This document shows, piece after piece, positions 16,786 through 24,882 of a stretch of DNA of 38,192 nucleotides; positions within the stretch are counted from its first letter, which is position 1, and each line of letters begins with the position of its first letter. The translations under genes and the position numbers were made by a program. Where the stretch lies: contig JAZRSP010000263.1 in the NCBI GenBank assembly GCA_045651565.1, positions 1-38,192 of the forward strand, written 5' to 3'. Source of the DNA: Victivallaceae bacterium. Lineage in GTDB: Bacteria > Verrucomicrobiota > Lentisphaeria > Victivallales > Victivallaceae. The notes under the pieces are model-generated. The model did no database searches, was not told the origin of the DNA, and was given only the letters and a program-made list of their open reading frames with translations.

Positions 16786-18075
16786 TTATTTAATAAAAGC
16801 ACGAATTTTGCTCTCTTTTTTACCCATTCCGGAGAGGATATATTGAGTGGTTACGACCTTGTACTTGTGCTTTTTGCCGCCATTACTGTGATAAATAAAA
16901 AGTTTGTTGCCGTACTTTTTCGCTACTTCCGACAATTCTTCACGCATGACTGCCAATTCATCAGCGTCAAGTTCAATTACCATATAATTATCCTCATAAG
17001 GAAAGAGTCTGCTCAAAGCGAAAAGATTTAAATTCCTCACATCGTAATTTTTGCCTTCAATTACTTGCAGCAAATTGATATAAACATCACCGTCATTGCA
17101 AAATTCTTTCATAAAAGTTAAACTTAAATTCTCCTGCAAACTTAACTCTTTTCTGAAATAGCTGCAATCAATCTCAATTTTTCTACCGGCAGTTTTCTGC
17201 AAAGTTCGCCATTCATCGTATATTTCCTGATACTTATTCGGAACATTTTGATTTGCAACACTTTCCAAATTCAGCAGTTCTGAAACAATCCGCCTTGTTT
17301 GCCGCTTTGCCGTATCAAACTCAATTACAATATGTGCCAAAGACTCCGCATAGGGCGCACCTTGAACATAATAACTGTTACGAATCACTTTTCCAACTTC
17401 GACGGTATGAGTATGACTGCCGATTATCAGGTCAATCATCGGGAATTTCTTCGCAATATCGAAAATCGTTCCGCCTTTGAAGTACAATCCGTCATGCATA
17501 AGCAAAACAATAATATCCGCTTTTTCTTTTGTCAAAGTTCTGATTGCACCTAAAAGAGCCTTGTCATTATCAAGGAATTTAATTTCATTTTGAGGGACAA
17601 GACGCCATTTGAGATTTCTTTCAGTCATGCCGATAAAGCCGATTTTGACACCATTACGCTCGATAATTTTGCAAGGCAATGTCTTTAATTTGTCAAAATT
17701 CACATTGGCAGAAAGAATTTCTGCCGAAGCTGCCGAATAGACTTCAACCATGTTATCAACCCCGAAATCGAAGTCATGATTGCCCAATACCATAAAATCA
17801 TAATCGAGCAAATTCACAGTTTTCATCATAAGTTTGCCCTTTTCCAAGCGGTTCACCGCACCACCTTGAATCAAATCACCGCAATCAACCAGAAAAGTAT
17901 TCTCATTTCTGCCGATTTTATCAAGCAGCATGCCGACTCTGATAAGTCCGGAATTTTGACGACACAAATTACCGTGGACATCCGATGTGACAAAAATATC
18001 AAACTTGACATTTTCGCCGAACAACGGAATCCATAAAACCCCGATAATTAACAAAATAAGCCTAATTTTTCTCAT
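16786..18075 (-). CDS. Secreted calcineurin-like metallophosphoesterase / 5'-nucleotidase family protein
   Basis: Signal peptide MRKIRLILLIIGVLWIPLFG. Metallophosphatase motifs VTSDVHGN, CGDLIQG, GNHDFD and GSHTH. Confidence 0.8.
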   Translation of the reverse strand: MRKIRLILLIIGVLWIPLFGENVKFDIFVTSDVHGNLCRQNSGLIRVGMLLDKIGRNENTFLVDCGDLIQGGAVNRLEKGKLMMKTVNLLDYDFMVLGNHDFDFGVDNMVEVYSAASAEILSANVNFDKLKTLPCKIIERNGVKIGFIGMTERNLKWRLVPQNEIKFLDNDKALLGAIRTLTKEKADIIVLLMHDGLYFKGGTIFDIAKKFPMIDLIIGSHTHTVEVGKVIRNSYYVQGAPYAESLAHIVIEFDTAKRQTRRIVSELLNLESVANQNVPNKYQEIYDEWRTLQKTAGRKIEIDCSYFRKELSLQENLSLTFMKEFCNDGDVYINLLQVIEGKNYDVRNLNLFALSRLFPYEDNYMVIELDADELAVMREELSEVAKKYGNKLFIYHSNGGKKHKYKVVTTQYILSGMGKKESKIRAFIK

Positions 18076-18240
18076 AATATAATAAAATACATCAAAAAAA
18101 TGAAAATTCCACTTGAAAAAATTAAAAATTGTGCCATATTATATATAATGTTATTTTCTTTGCAATCTGTTTGACGACAGAAAGCAAATGTGATTGGCAA
18201 AAAATAATTAGAAAAATTAATAACATACAGAGGTGAAACT

Positions 18241-18393
18241 ATGTCACAACATGCAAGTCTCCGCGTCGGCGGAAAAATTCGTAAAAAACGCAACGTTATG
18301 AAGCGTTTTGAAAGATTGGATGTACTTCGTGCAGAAGGTCGCATCGCAGAAGACAAAGTTTTCGGTCTTCCCAAAACTAAGTCATTGGATTAA
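18241..18393 (+). CDS. Small basic protein (50 aa), resembling the 'small basic protein' family as I recall it from PVC-group and related genomes
   Basis: My translation is MSQHASLRVGGKIRKKRNVMKRFERLDVLRAEGRIAEDKVFGLPKTKSLD. AGAGGTG RBS lies 6 nt upstream, and a perfect intrinsic terminator lies 18 nt downstream. It is below the ORF-track cut-off. Confidence 0.6.
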   Translation: MSQHASLRVGGKIRKKRNVMKRFERLDVLRAEGRIAEDKVFGLPKTKSLD

Positions 18394-18410
18394 TCTTTCC
18401 AAAGAAGCTC

Positions 18411-18444
18411 AAAAGCTCCGATTTTTTAAGTCGGAGCTTTTTTG
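18411..18444. terminator. Rho-independent terminator between convergent genes
   Basis: Perfect 11-bp stem aaaagctccga (18411-18421) / tcggagctttt (18431-18441), 9-nt loop, T-run to 18443 on the plus strand. The A-run on the left gives a weaker U-tract for the minus-strand transcript ending at 18471. Confidence 0.7.
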
Positions 18445-18470
18445 TTGCATCGTTTAAGCATTTGTGAAAC

Positions 18471-19139
18471 TTATTTTGGTATCAAATAGGTTGAGGCAAG
18501 GTGGGTATTGGGATTATAGACAAGAAAAAGTTCTTTTTTGCTTGCGTTTTGCCACACTCTGATATTTTCAGTTTTGACCATATTTTTTAAAACATGATCT
18601 TCTGCGAAAGTATTTTTATCAATCTCCACAAGTCCGAAAACATCTGTATTTTCTTCAACTACGGAAACTTTTTCAGGAATGATATTTTCAAGGTGAATTA
18701 CAAGATAATTATCAACTTTTTGAACTGGCGGTAAATCTTTTTGAGGAATTTGCAAGTAGAATCCGGCTTGAGAGGACACAAGTGCCATTCGAGCTTTTTC
18801 TTTTGAGTGAATGCCCCTATTATTCAGCGATATTATTCCCAGCAAAAATGCAGCAACAAAAATTATTCCGATTGCCGCATAAGATAGGTATGAATATTTT
18901 CGGTTATACTCCGTTTTGAAGATAAGTTTATATTGATAGAATCCCCACAAGGCAGTCAAAATCAGCGTCAAAACAATTGAGAGAAGCCACCATACCCAAT
19001 TTTCTGCCGACAATCCTGCAACTTCACGGAAAATCAAAAAATTAACCAACAATGACGCTAATGCCAGAAAAGGTACAAGTACAATTATGCTCAAAAGCCA
19101 TGCAATATAATTTTTAGTTTTTTTCCAATCAAAAGCCAT
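18471..19139 (-). CDS. Hypothetical membrane protein (222 aa, three TM helices plus soluble C-terminal domain)
   Basis: The ORF's ATG overlaps the upstream TAA by 1 nt. Hydrophobic helices lie at about aa 12-35, 48-68 and 85-105. Confidence 0.6.
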   Translation of the reverse strand: MAFDWKKTKNYIAWLLSIIVLVPFLALASLLVNFLIFREVAGLSAENWVWWLLSIVLTLILTALWGFYQYKLIFKTEYNRKYSYLSYAAIGIIFVAAFLLGIISLNNRGIHSKEKARMALVSSQAGFYLQIPQKDLPPVQKVDNYLVIHLENIIPEKVSVVEENTDVFGLVEIDKNTFAEDHVLKNMVKTENIRVWQNASKKELFLVYNPNTHLASTYLIPK

Positions 19140-19759
19140 TATTGCAGCCTATGCTTTTTCCGATTGACAATACTATACAATATGCAGCTGAAAATTGCTC
19201 CGCTTCCGTCACAGAGCATATCTTTCTGCGCATCCCAGATGTCGCCCTGACTCCCCAGAAAGTCATTACCGGCACTTGGTGCGGCAATTTCGGCATAGAT
19301 CCACTCAACGAGTTCAAAAATCGCCGCCACACCGAAAATTGCCATAATCATCAAAAATATCGCCAAAGTCCTGGTTTTAATCAAGTTACGGCTTTCATAA
19401 TACTCCAATCCGGCATAGGCAAAAAATCCCACCATAAAATGGCACATGCGGTCAAAGTTATTCCGTTCAAAGCCGAAAAATTCAGTAACATAATCAAAAG
19501 GCACTCTCGCAAAACTATAATGTCCGCCTACGGTATGGCAATAAATATAAATTGCCATTAATCCATACGCCCAATTGGAAAATCGCACCCCTTTTCGGTA
19601 CAAAATCACCAAAGCTGCCACAATGACAACCGAGAAAAAGTTCTCTGTGCACCACATTACCCTGCTGTAAGGATTTATTGATAAAGCCGCAAACTCTATT
19701 AAATAAATCCCCAGCAGAAATTGCGGAAATTTTTCAGACAGAAACTTTTTCAACTTCAC
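19139..19759 (-). CDS. DUF2238 (YjdF-like) inner membrane protein
   Basis: 206 aa, polytopic. FDRMCHFMVGFF and GSQGDIWDAQKDM blocks match my memory of the DUF2238 family. Starts 6 nt after the uxaC stop. Confidence 0.65.
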   Translation of the reverse strand: MKLKKFLSEKFPQFLLGIYLIEFAALSINPYSRVMWCTENFFSVVIVAALVILYRKGVRFSNWAYGLMAIYIYCHTVGGHYSFARVPFDYVTEFFGFERNNFDRMCHFMVGFFAYAGLEYYESRNLIKTRTLAIFLMIMAIFGVAAIFELVEWIYAEIAAPSAGNDFLGSQGDIWDAQKDMLCDGSGAIFSCILYSIVNRKKHRLQ

Positions 19760-19765
19760 CTCAAA

Positions 19766-21130
19766 TTATAAGTTGAAAAATTCTTTGGTTGTGTCATACG
19801 CCATATTTTTTGCCAAAGCAAGTGCGACATTTTCGGGCATCTGACCTTTTTCAACAATTCCGCCCAAAACATCACTCATAACCCGACGGAACATCTCAAA
19901 TCTCGAACCGTAAGAGAGCAGTTTGCGAGAATCAGAAACCATTCCAGCAAAGGCACTTAATAAGTCGACACTGCCGATATATTCCAATTGACGCTTCATG
20001 CCGACAGGAGTATCGCACAACCACCACGCTGAACCCAAACGAACTCTGTATCCGAATGCTCTGGCAATAGTTGCCAAAGTCGCCTGCTGTGACGGGTCAA
20101 GGCAATAAAGTACCACTTTCAAGCAATCATCATAAGCATTAAGGAAGTTCAAAAGTCCATTCAAATGGTCTTGATAATAATATGAAATATCTCCGCCGAC
20201 ATCAGGGCCCAAAGACTTGAAAAGCGAAGTTCTAACATCACGAACTGCCCCCAAATGAAGTTGAGTTACCCAGTCTGTTTCCTTATTCCATTCGCCGAAT
20301 TTCATCATCAGCACGCCCATAAAATTATCAATTTCCGCCTGCGATAACTCTTTGAATTTACGGGCTTTATCAAAAGTTTTTGCGGCTTCGTCATAGTCGC
20401 ATGAAGCACAAACCATATACTCCAAACCGTGGTCGGAAGCCCGACAACCATGTTCATCGAAAAAGTCATGAGATTCTTTCAAACATCCGAGCAATTTATC
20501 CAAACTTGTAATCGGGTCCGCAAACTTATTACCCATTTTTTCAATGTAGCTATTCCAGTCAGCGGCAAAAATTTTCATCGCCTTATCGGGACGCCAAGTC
20601 GGACGCACGATAACTTTTCCCAATTTTTCATTAACCACATCATGATACTCCAAATCATCCAACGGATCGTCGGTTGAACACATAGTTTCGACATTCAATC
20701 TGCGTAAAATGTTGAGCGGCAAATTCTCTTCTCGCTGCAATAATTCAGTGCCTTTGCGGTAAATTTCTGCCGCAGTATCTTTGTCCAAAACCTCGTTAAT
20801 TCCCAAAAAACGCAAGTCCAAGTGAATCCATTCATAGCAGGGATTAGGGGCGATTTTCGGAAAAACTTCGCCGAGTTTCATAAACTTCTCATAATCACTT
20901 ACCTCTTTGCCGGTGATATATTTTTCTTCAACACCGCATTTACGCATAACTTCCCACACATAGTGGTCAGTTGCCGCAAAAAGCTGCCACATATTGGCAA
21001 AAGGTTTATTCTCTGCCAAAGCTTTGACATCTGCATGGTTATGGGGATCGACAATCGGCAATGAGCAAATTGATTTATAAATTTTTTTGCCGACTTCATT
21101 GGTCAAAAGATAATTTTCATCTAAAAACAT
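19766..21130 (-). CDS. uxaC: Glucuronate (uronate) isomerase
   Basis: MFLDENYLL N-terminus, PIVDPHNH, and family-typical length (454 aa from ATG 21130). GAGAGGAAAG RBS. The ORF-track start at 21148 is a TTG extension. Confidence 0.9.
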   Translation of the reverse strand: MFLDENYLLTNEVGKKIYKSICSLPIVDPHNHADVKALAENKPFANMWQLFAATDHYVWEVMRKCGVEEKYITGKEVSDYEKFMKLGEVFPKIAPNPCYEWIHLDLRFLGINEVLDKDTAAEIYRKGTELLQREENLPLNILRRLNVETMCSTDDPLDDLEYHDVVNEKLGKVIVRPTWRPDKAMKIFAADWNSYIEKMGNKFADPITSLDKLLGCLKESHDFFDEHGCRASDHGLEYMVCASCDYDEAAKTFDKARKFKELSQAEIDNFMGVLMMKFGEWNKETDWVTQLHLGAVRDVRTSLFKSLGPDVGGDISYYYQDHLNGLLNFLNAYDDCLKVVLYCLDPSQQATLATIARAFGYRVRLGSAWWLCDTPVGMKRQLEYIGSVDLLSAFAGMVSDSRKLLSYGSRFEMFRRVMSDVLGGIVEKGQMPENVALALAKNMAYDTTKEFFNL

Positions 21131-21160
21131 AATACTCTTTCCTCTCAATTTTATTATTAT

Positions 21161-22513
21161 TTATAATGTAACACCATTTTTAAAAATTGCAATTTCATAA
21201 TCGCCGACTTTTTCGTTGCAAGTAGATTTTTCACCTGAAACAACCTGCAAAACATACTCTATAAACTTCTCTGTATCACCGTCAGCCATTGCGTCATAGT
21301 CAATCCATGACTTTTTCCTTGCCGCCAAATTGCTATTGGTTGCAACTTTAATCGTCGGCACAACCGAACCCAATGGAGTTCCTCTGCCAGTAGTAAAAAG
21401 TATCAAGTGGCATCCGACACTTGCCAAATTTGTACAAGCCACAATATCATTGCCGGGTCCGGTAACTAAATTAAGTCCGTTTTTATTCAATCTTTCGCCA
21501 AGTTTAAGCACATCGACGACGACACTTGACCCGCCTTTTTGGACACAACCGAGCGACTTATCCTCCAAAGTAGTAATTCCGCCCGCCTTATTTCCGGGCG
21601 ACGGATTCTCATAAATCACCTGGTTATGTTTGGCATAATAATCTTTGAAATCATTCACCATATCGACACATTTTTGAAAAACTTCTTTGCTTTCGCAGCG
21701 ATTCATAAGCAGAGTTTCCGCTCCGAACATCTCCGGAACTTCGGTTAAAACCGAACTCCCCCCCTGCTTGACCAACCAATCAGAAAATCTACCGAGCAAA
21801 GGATTTGCCGTAAGCCCGGAGAAACCGTCCGAGCCGCCGCATTTAAGTCCGACTTTAAGTTCAGAAAGCGGAATTTCGGTGCGGGCATCAACTCTATTAT
21901 GCTTCAATTCTTGAATAAGTTCCGCTCCTCGTGCTTCATCATCGACTTCTTCTTGTGCCACCATGAAACGGATATTCAACTTGGAATAATCCCCCAAACG
22001 CTCCTTGAAACTTTCAAGCGTATTATTTTCGCAGCCAAGTCCGACAATAAGAACTCCGCCTGCATTCGGGTGATGTGCCAGAGTTGCCAGAATTTCTGCA
22101 GTAAGTTCATGGTCTTCACCCATTTGCGAACAACCATAGGGGTGGCAAAGCGGAATTGCATTGTATTTGTACGCCAATCTCCGCACCAAACCATTTACAC
22201 ACCCGACCGTAGGAATAATCCAAATATCATTGCGGATACCAACTTGTCCGTCGGCTCGTTTATATCCTAAAAAAGTTCGGTTGCACTCAATTACTATCGG
22301 TTCAAAATCAGGATCGTAACAGTAATTTAATTTACCGGACAAATTTGTTACAACATTATGAGTATGAACATGTTCGCCCTTTTTAATCTCCGAAGTTGCC
22401 CGACCAATCGGCATACCATATTTAATAATATTCTCGCCGACGGCAATATTTTTCAAAGCATATTTATGGCCGTCGGTGCGAATTTCTACATTGTCGGATG
22501 GGTGAATAATCAT
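21161..22513 (-). CDS. uxaA: Altronate dehydratase (UxaA family)
   Basis: Long identical runs to E. coli UxaA as I recall it: KCGGSDG.SG.TANP.LGRFSD, TEVPEMFGAE, IYENPSPGNKAGGITTLEDKSLGC. N-terminal SAF-like domain. Confidence 0.9.
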   Translation of the reverse strand: MIIHPSDNVEIRTDGHKYALKNIAVGENIIKYGMPIGRATSEIKKGEHVHTHNVVTNLSGKLNYCYDPDFEPIVIECNRTFLGYKRADGQVGIRNDIWIIPTVGCVNGLVRRLAYKYNAIPLCHPYGCSQMGEDHELTAEILATLAHHPNAGGVLIVGLGCENNTLESFKERLGDYSKLNIRFMVAQEEVDDEARGAELIQELKHNRVDARTEIPLSELKVGLKCGGSDGFSGLTANPLLGRFSDWLVKQGGSSVLTEVPEMFGAETLLMNRCESKEVFQKCVDMVNDFKDYYAKHNQVIYENPSPGNKAGGITTLEDKSLGCVQKGGSSVVVDVLKLGERLNKNGLNLVTGPGNDIVACTNLASVGCHLILFTTGRGTPLGSVVPTIKVATNSNLAARKKSWIDYDAMADGDTEKFIEYVLQVVSGEKSTCNEKVGDYEIAIFKNGVTL

Positions 22514-23811
22514 TCTGCAACTCCCATTTTGACTTTTTCAGTGAAATTCGGAATAGTATTTAAATCCATTCCCCACAATTCAGCATTGCCTAAAATCTCT
22601 TCAACCGTCGGATTTAAGGCGAAAAATTCTTTTACACTAGGAGAATCTTCAAACTTTTCCTGACGATAGAATTTAATCAAGTACGCCATAGATTTTGTGA
22701 GGCATTCGGGCAATTCGCCTGTGACTTTCAAATAGTCAAGCAGACTCGGCAAAACCCGAACACGCCATTTAGAACTTGAATTTAAGGCAATTGACAACAA
22801 CCTATGGTTGGCATACGGATTGGCAAATCGCTCCAAAACGCTTTCAGCATAGGCTTTTTTCTGCTCATCGGGCAAATTAATTGTGAGCATGACTTCTTCG
22901 AAGAGAACTTTTCGCAAAAATTCCCCGAACTTTTCATCTTTGACCATCTCATCGACAAAGGTAAATCCTGCCAGATGCGCACCCAGCACACTCGCAGTGT
23001 GAGCTCCATTCAAAAATCTCACCTTGCGGGTGCGGTACGGAGTTTGGTCATCGGTAAAAAGCACATCAACTCCTGCCTTATCCGCCGGAAACTCCTCTGC
23101 AACTTGCTTCGGACACTCGATAACAAAGAAGAAAAACGGCTCGCAACAGACCAGCAAGTCATCACGCACGCCTAATTTATCCCAATACTTCTCTGCTTCA
23201 TCTCTCGGATAACCTGCTACAATTCTATCAACCAATGTGTTGCAGAAAATGCACTCATTTTCAACATAATTCCGTACCTTTTCATCAGAAATATACTTCA
23301 AAACACACTCTTTAAGTTTATCTCCATTATGCTCAATCAATTCGCAAGGGATAAAAATCAATCCCCCCAAACCAGCCTTGCATCTGGCAGTAACAATTTC
23401 CGCCACCTTATTCGGAAAAGTATCGACATTTTCCCGATATTCAATTCCGGCCTCGGTTGTATTGGAGAAAACAAATCTTAATTCCGGGAGCAATGCACTT
23501 TCAATCATCTTCTCGCGCTCGGTAACAGCATTAACCACACTCTCGACACTCTCGACCAAGTCAATTTTCTCAATTTTCTGGCCATTCTCAACTCCACGAC
23601 GAATAACATGATAAAGTCCATTCTGGCTATTAATCACATCGCCCATCCCTGCTTCCAAAGCCTGAATTATTCGCACACTACCATTAAAATCGCCATTTTT
23701 ATTCATTCGGTCAATCATCCAATCGACAAACGCACGCAAAAAATTCCCCTCACCGAACTGCAATACCTTTACCGGATATTTCATCGCCTCTTTTCTAACT
23801 AATTTTTCCAT
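22510..23811 (-). CDS. uxaB: Tagaturonate reductase (altronate oxidoreductase), mannitol dehydrogenase family
   Basis: LQFGEGNFLRAFVDWMID aligns with the E. coli UxaB N-terminus. ATG 23811 has AAAGGAAG upstream. The ORF-track start at 23850 is a TTG, and the ATG at 23841 lacks an RBS. The stop overlaps the uxaA ATG (ATGA). Confidence 0.85.
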   Translation of the reverse strand: MEKLVRKEAMKYPVKVLQFGEGNFLRAFVDWMIDRMNKNGDFNGSVRIIQALEAGMGDVINSQNGLYHVIRRGVENGQKIEKIDLVESVESVVNAVTEREKMIESALLPELRFVFSNTTEAGIEYRENVDTFPNKVAEIVTARCKAGLGGLIFIPCELIEHNGDKLKECVLKYISDEKVRNYVENECIFCNTLVDRIVAGYPRDEAEKYWDKLGVRDDLLVCCEPFFFFVIECPKQVAEEFPADKAGVDVLFTDDQTPYRTRKVRFLNGAHTASVLGAHLAGFTFVDEMVKDEKFGEFLRKVLFEEVMLTINLPDEQKKAYAESVLERFANPYANHRLLSIALNSSSKWRVRVLPSLLDYLKVTGELPECLTKSMAYLIKFYRQEKFEDSPSVKEFFALNPTVEEILGNAELWGMDLNTIPNFTEKVKMGVAE

Positions 23812-23835
23812 AAATTCTTCCTTTTGTTTCACTCT

Positions 23836-23849
23836 TGCCATCGTTGGCA
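23836..23849. promoter_or_regulatory. Candidate LacI-family operator upstream of uxaB
   Basis: 14-bp near-palindrome centred on CG: TGCCAACGATGGCA on the minus strand, 12 of 14 positions symmetric. It lies 25-38 nt upstream of the uxaB ATG and downstream of the adjacent LacI-type regulator gene. Confidence 0.4.
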
Positions 23850-23892
23850 ATTTCTACTTATTACAATATAATTCGATTTTTCAAAAATACAA

Positions 23893-24852
23893 TTATTTTT
23901 TTAAACTTTCTCGCAAAATAAATTTAAGAGATAAGGGTTTTTCGTCAATTTTTTTATGCAAAATCAACTTCATAATACGATCGGTCAACTCCTCTGCCGG
24001 GTGTGCCAAAGTCGAAAGCGGCGGATTCAAATAACTTGCGTAACTCTCGTTATCCAAACCAATTACAGCAATATCTTCCGGAATTTCAATTGAGTGTTTG
24101 TGGGCATAAGAATAGAAACCTGCCGCCATACGGTCGGTATCGAAAAACACCACATCGGCATTAGTTTTCATAATTTTATCCCCTAAATTTTCGCCGTTTT
24201 CAAATTCATAATCCGATTCAATTTCAGAAATCTGCATCGGCAAATTTGCCTCTTTTGCCTGCATAACTCCAAGCCGTCTGCTCGGCAATCGTCCGCAATA
24301 GAGAAAATGTTTGAAGCCCATGCGTGCCACTTCATGAATCATCTCCTGCACACTTCCAACACGATCGACCTGCACGACATAATCGACATCATTCATATCG
24401 CAATCAACGAAAATAAACTTCAAAGGATACTTTTTATTCATCTTGGAAAGGAACTCTTTTTGAGTAAAATCATGATCTGCCTGGATAAAAACCACCACAA
24501 ACTCGGCAATTCCCGCCCAATTTTCCAGCATCTTCTCACACTCCTGCTGATTATTTTCAGCAATTTTGCCGAGCAGGGGATAAAACCCGTTATTAATCAA
24601 AGCCTCATTGAGCAAATTAAGTTTATGTACCGAAGCATTTTTATCAAAAGCGGAAAAAAGGATACCGACAAAGTTTTTTTTCTGCAAACGCAAACTCCTT
24701 GCCGCCATATTCGGAATATATTTGTGTTCCTTTGCCAAAGCGAGAATCAACTCCCGCTTCTCTGCATTGACATGAGGATAATTATCCAGAACTCTTCTGA
24801 CAGTTCTGATAGAAGTTCCGGACAACTCCGCCAATTGCTTTAATGTAACCAT
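23893..24852 (-). CDS. LacI family transcriptional regulator
   Basis: N-terminal HTH (VTLKQLAELSGTSIRTVRRVLDN) followed by a periplasmic-binding-protein-like sugar-binding fold of typical length. Confidence 0.85.
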   Translation of the reverse strand: MVTLKQLAELSGTSIRTVRRVLDNYPHVNAEKRELILALAKEHKYIPNMAARSLRLQKKNFVGILFSAFDKNASVHKLNLLNEALINNGFYPLLGKIAENNQQECEKMLENWAGIAEFVVVFIQADHDFTQKEFLSKMNKKYPLKFIFVDCDMNDVDYVVQVDRVGSVQEMIHEVARMGFKHFLYCGRLPSRRLGVMQAKEANLPMQISEIESDYEFENGENLGDKIMKTNADVVFFDTDRMAAGFYSYAHKHSIEIPEDIAVIGLDNESYASYLNPPLSTLAHPAEELTDRIMKLILHKKIDEKPLSLKFILRESLKK

Positions 24853-24882
24853 AATGACTTAATTCTGTTTTTTCAGAGTTAA

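Noticed and set aside
18072-18374. 100-aa minus-strand ORF from the ORF track
   Set aside because: It has a TTG start, no RBS and a low-complexity product. It lies antisense to a much better supported 50-codon plus-strand gene with an RBS and terminator, and its 3' end overlaps the upstream gene's start.
21768-21774. C7/G7 homopolymer inside uxaA as a phase-variation tract
   Set aside because: It encodes Gly-Gly in a conserved block of a metabolic enzyme. It is short and has no contingency-locus context.
24307-24843. 178-aa plus-strand ORF
   Set aside because: It is antisense inside the LacI-family regulator gene. Its product has no recognisable features.
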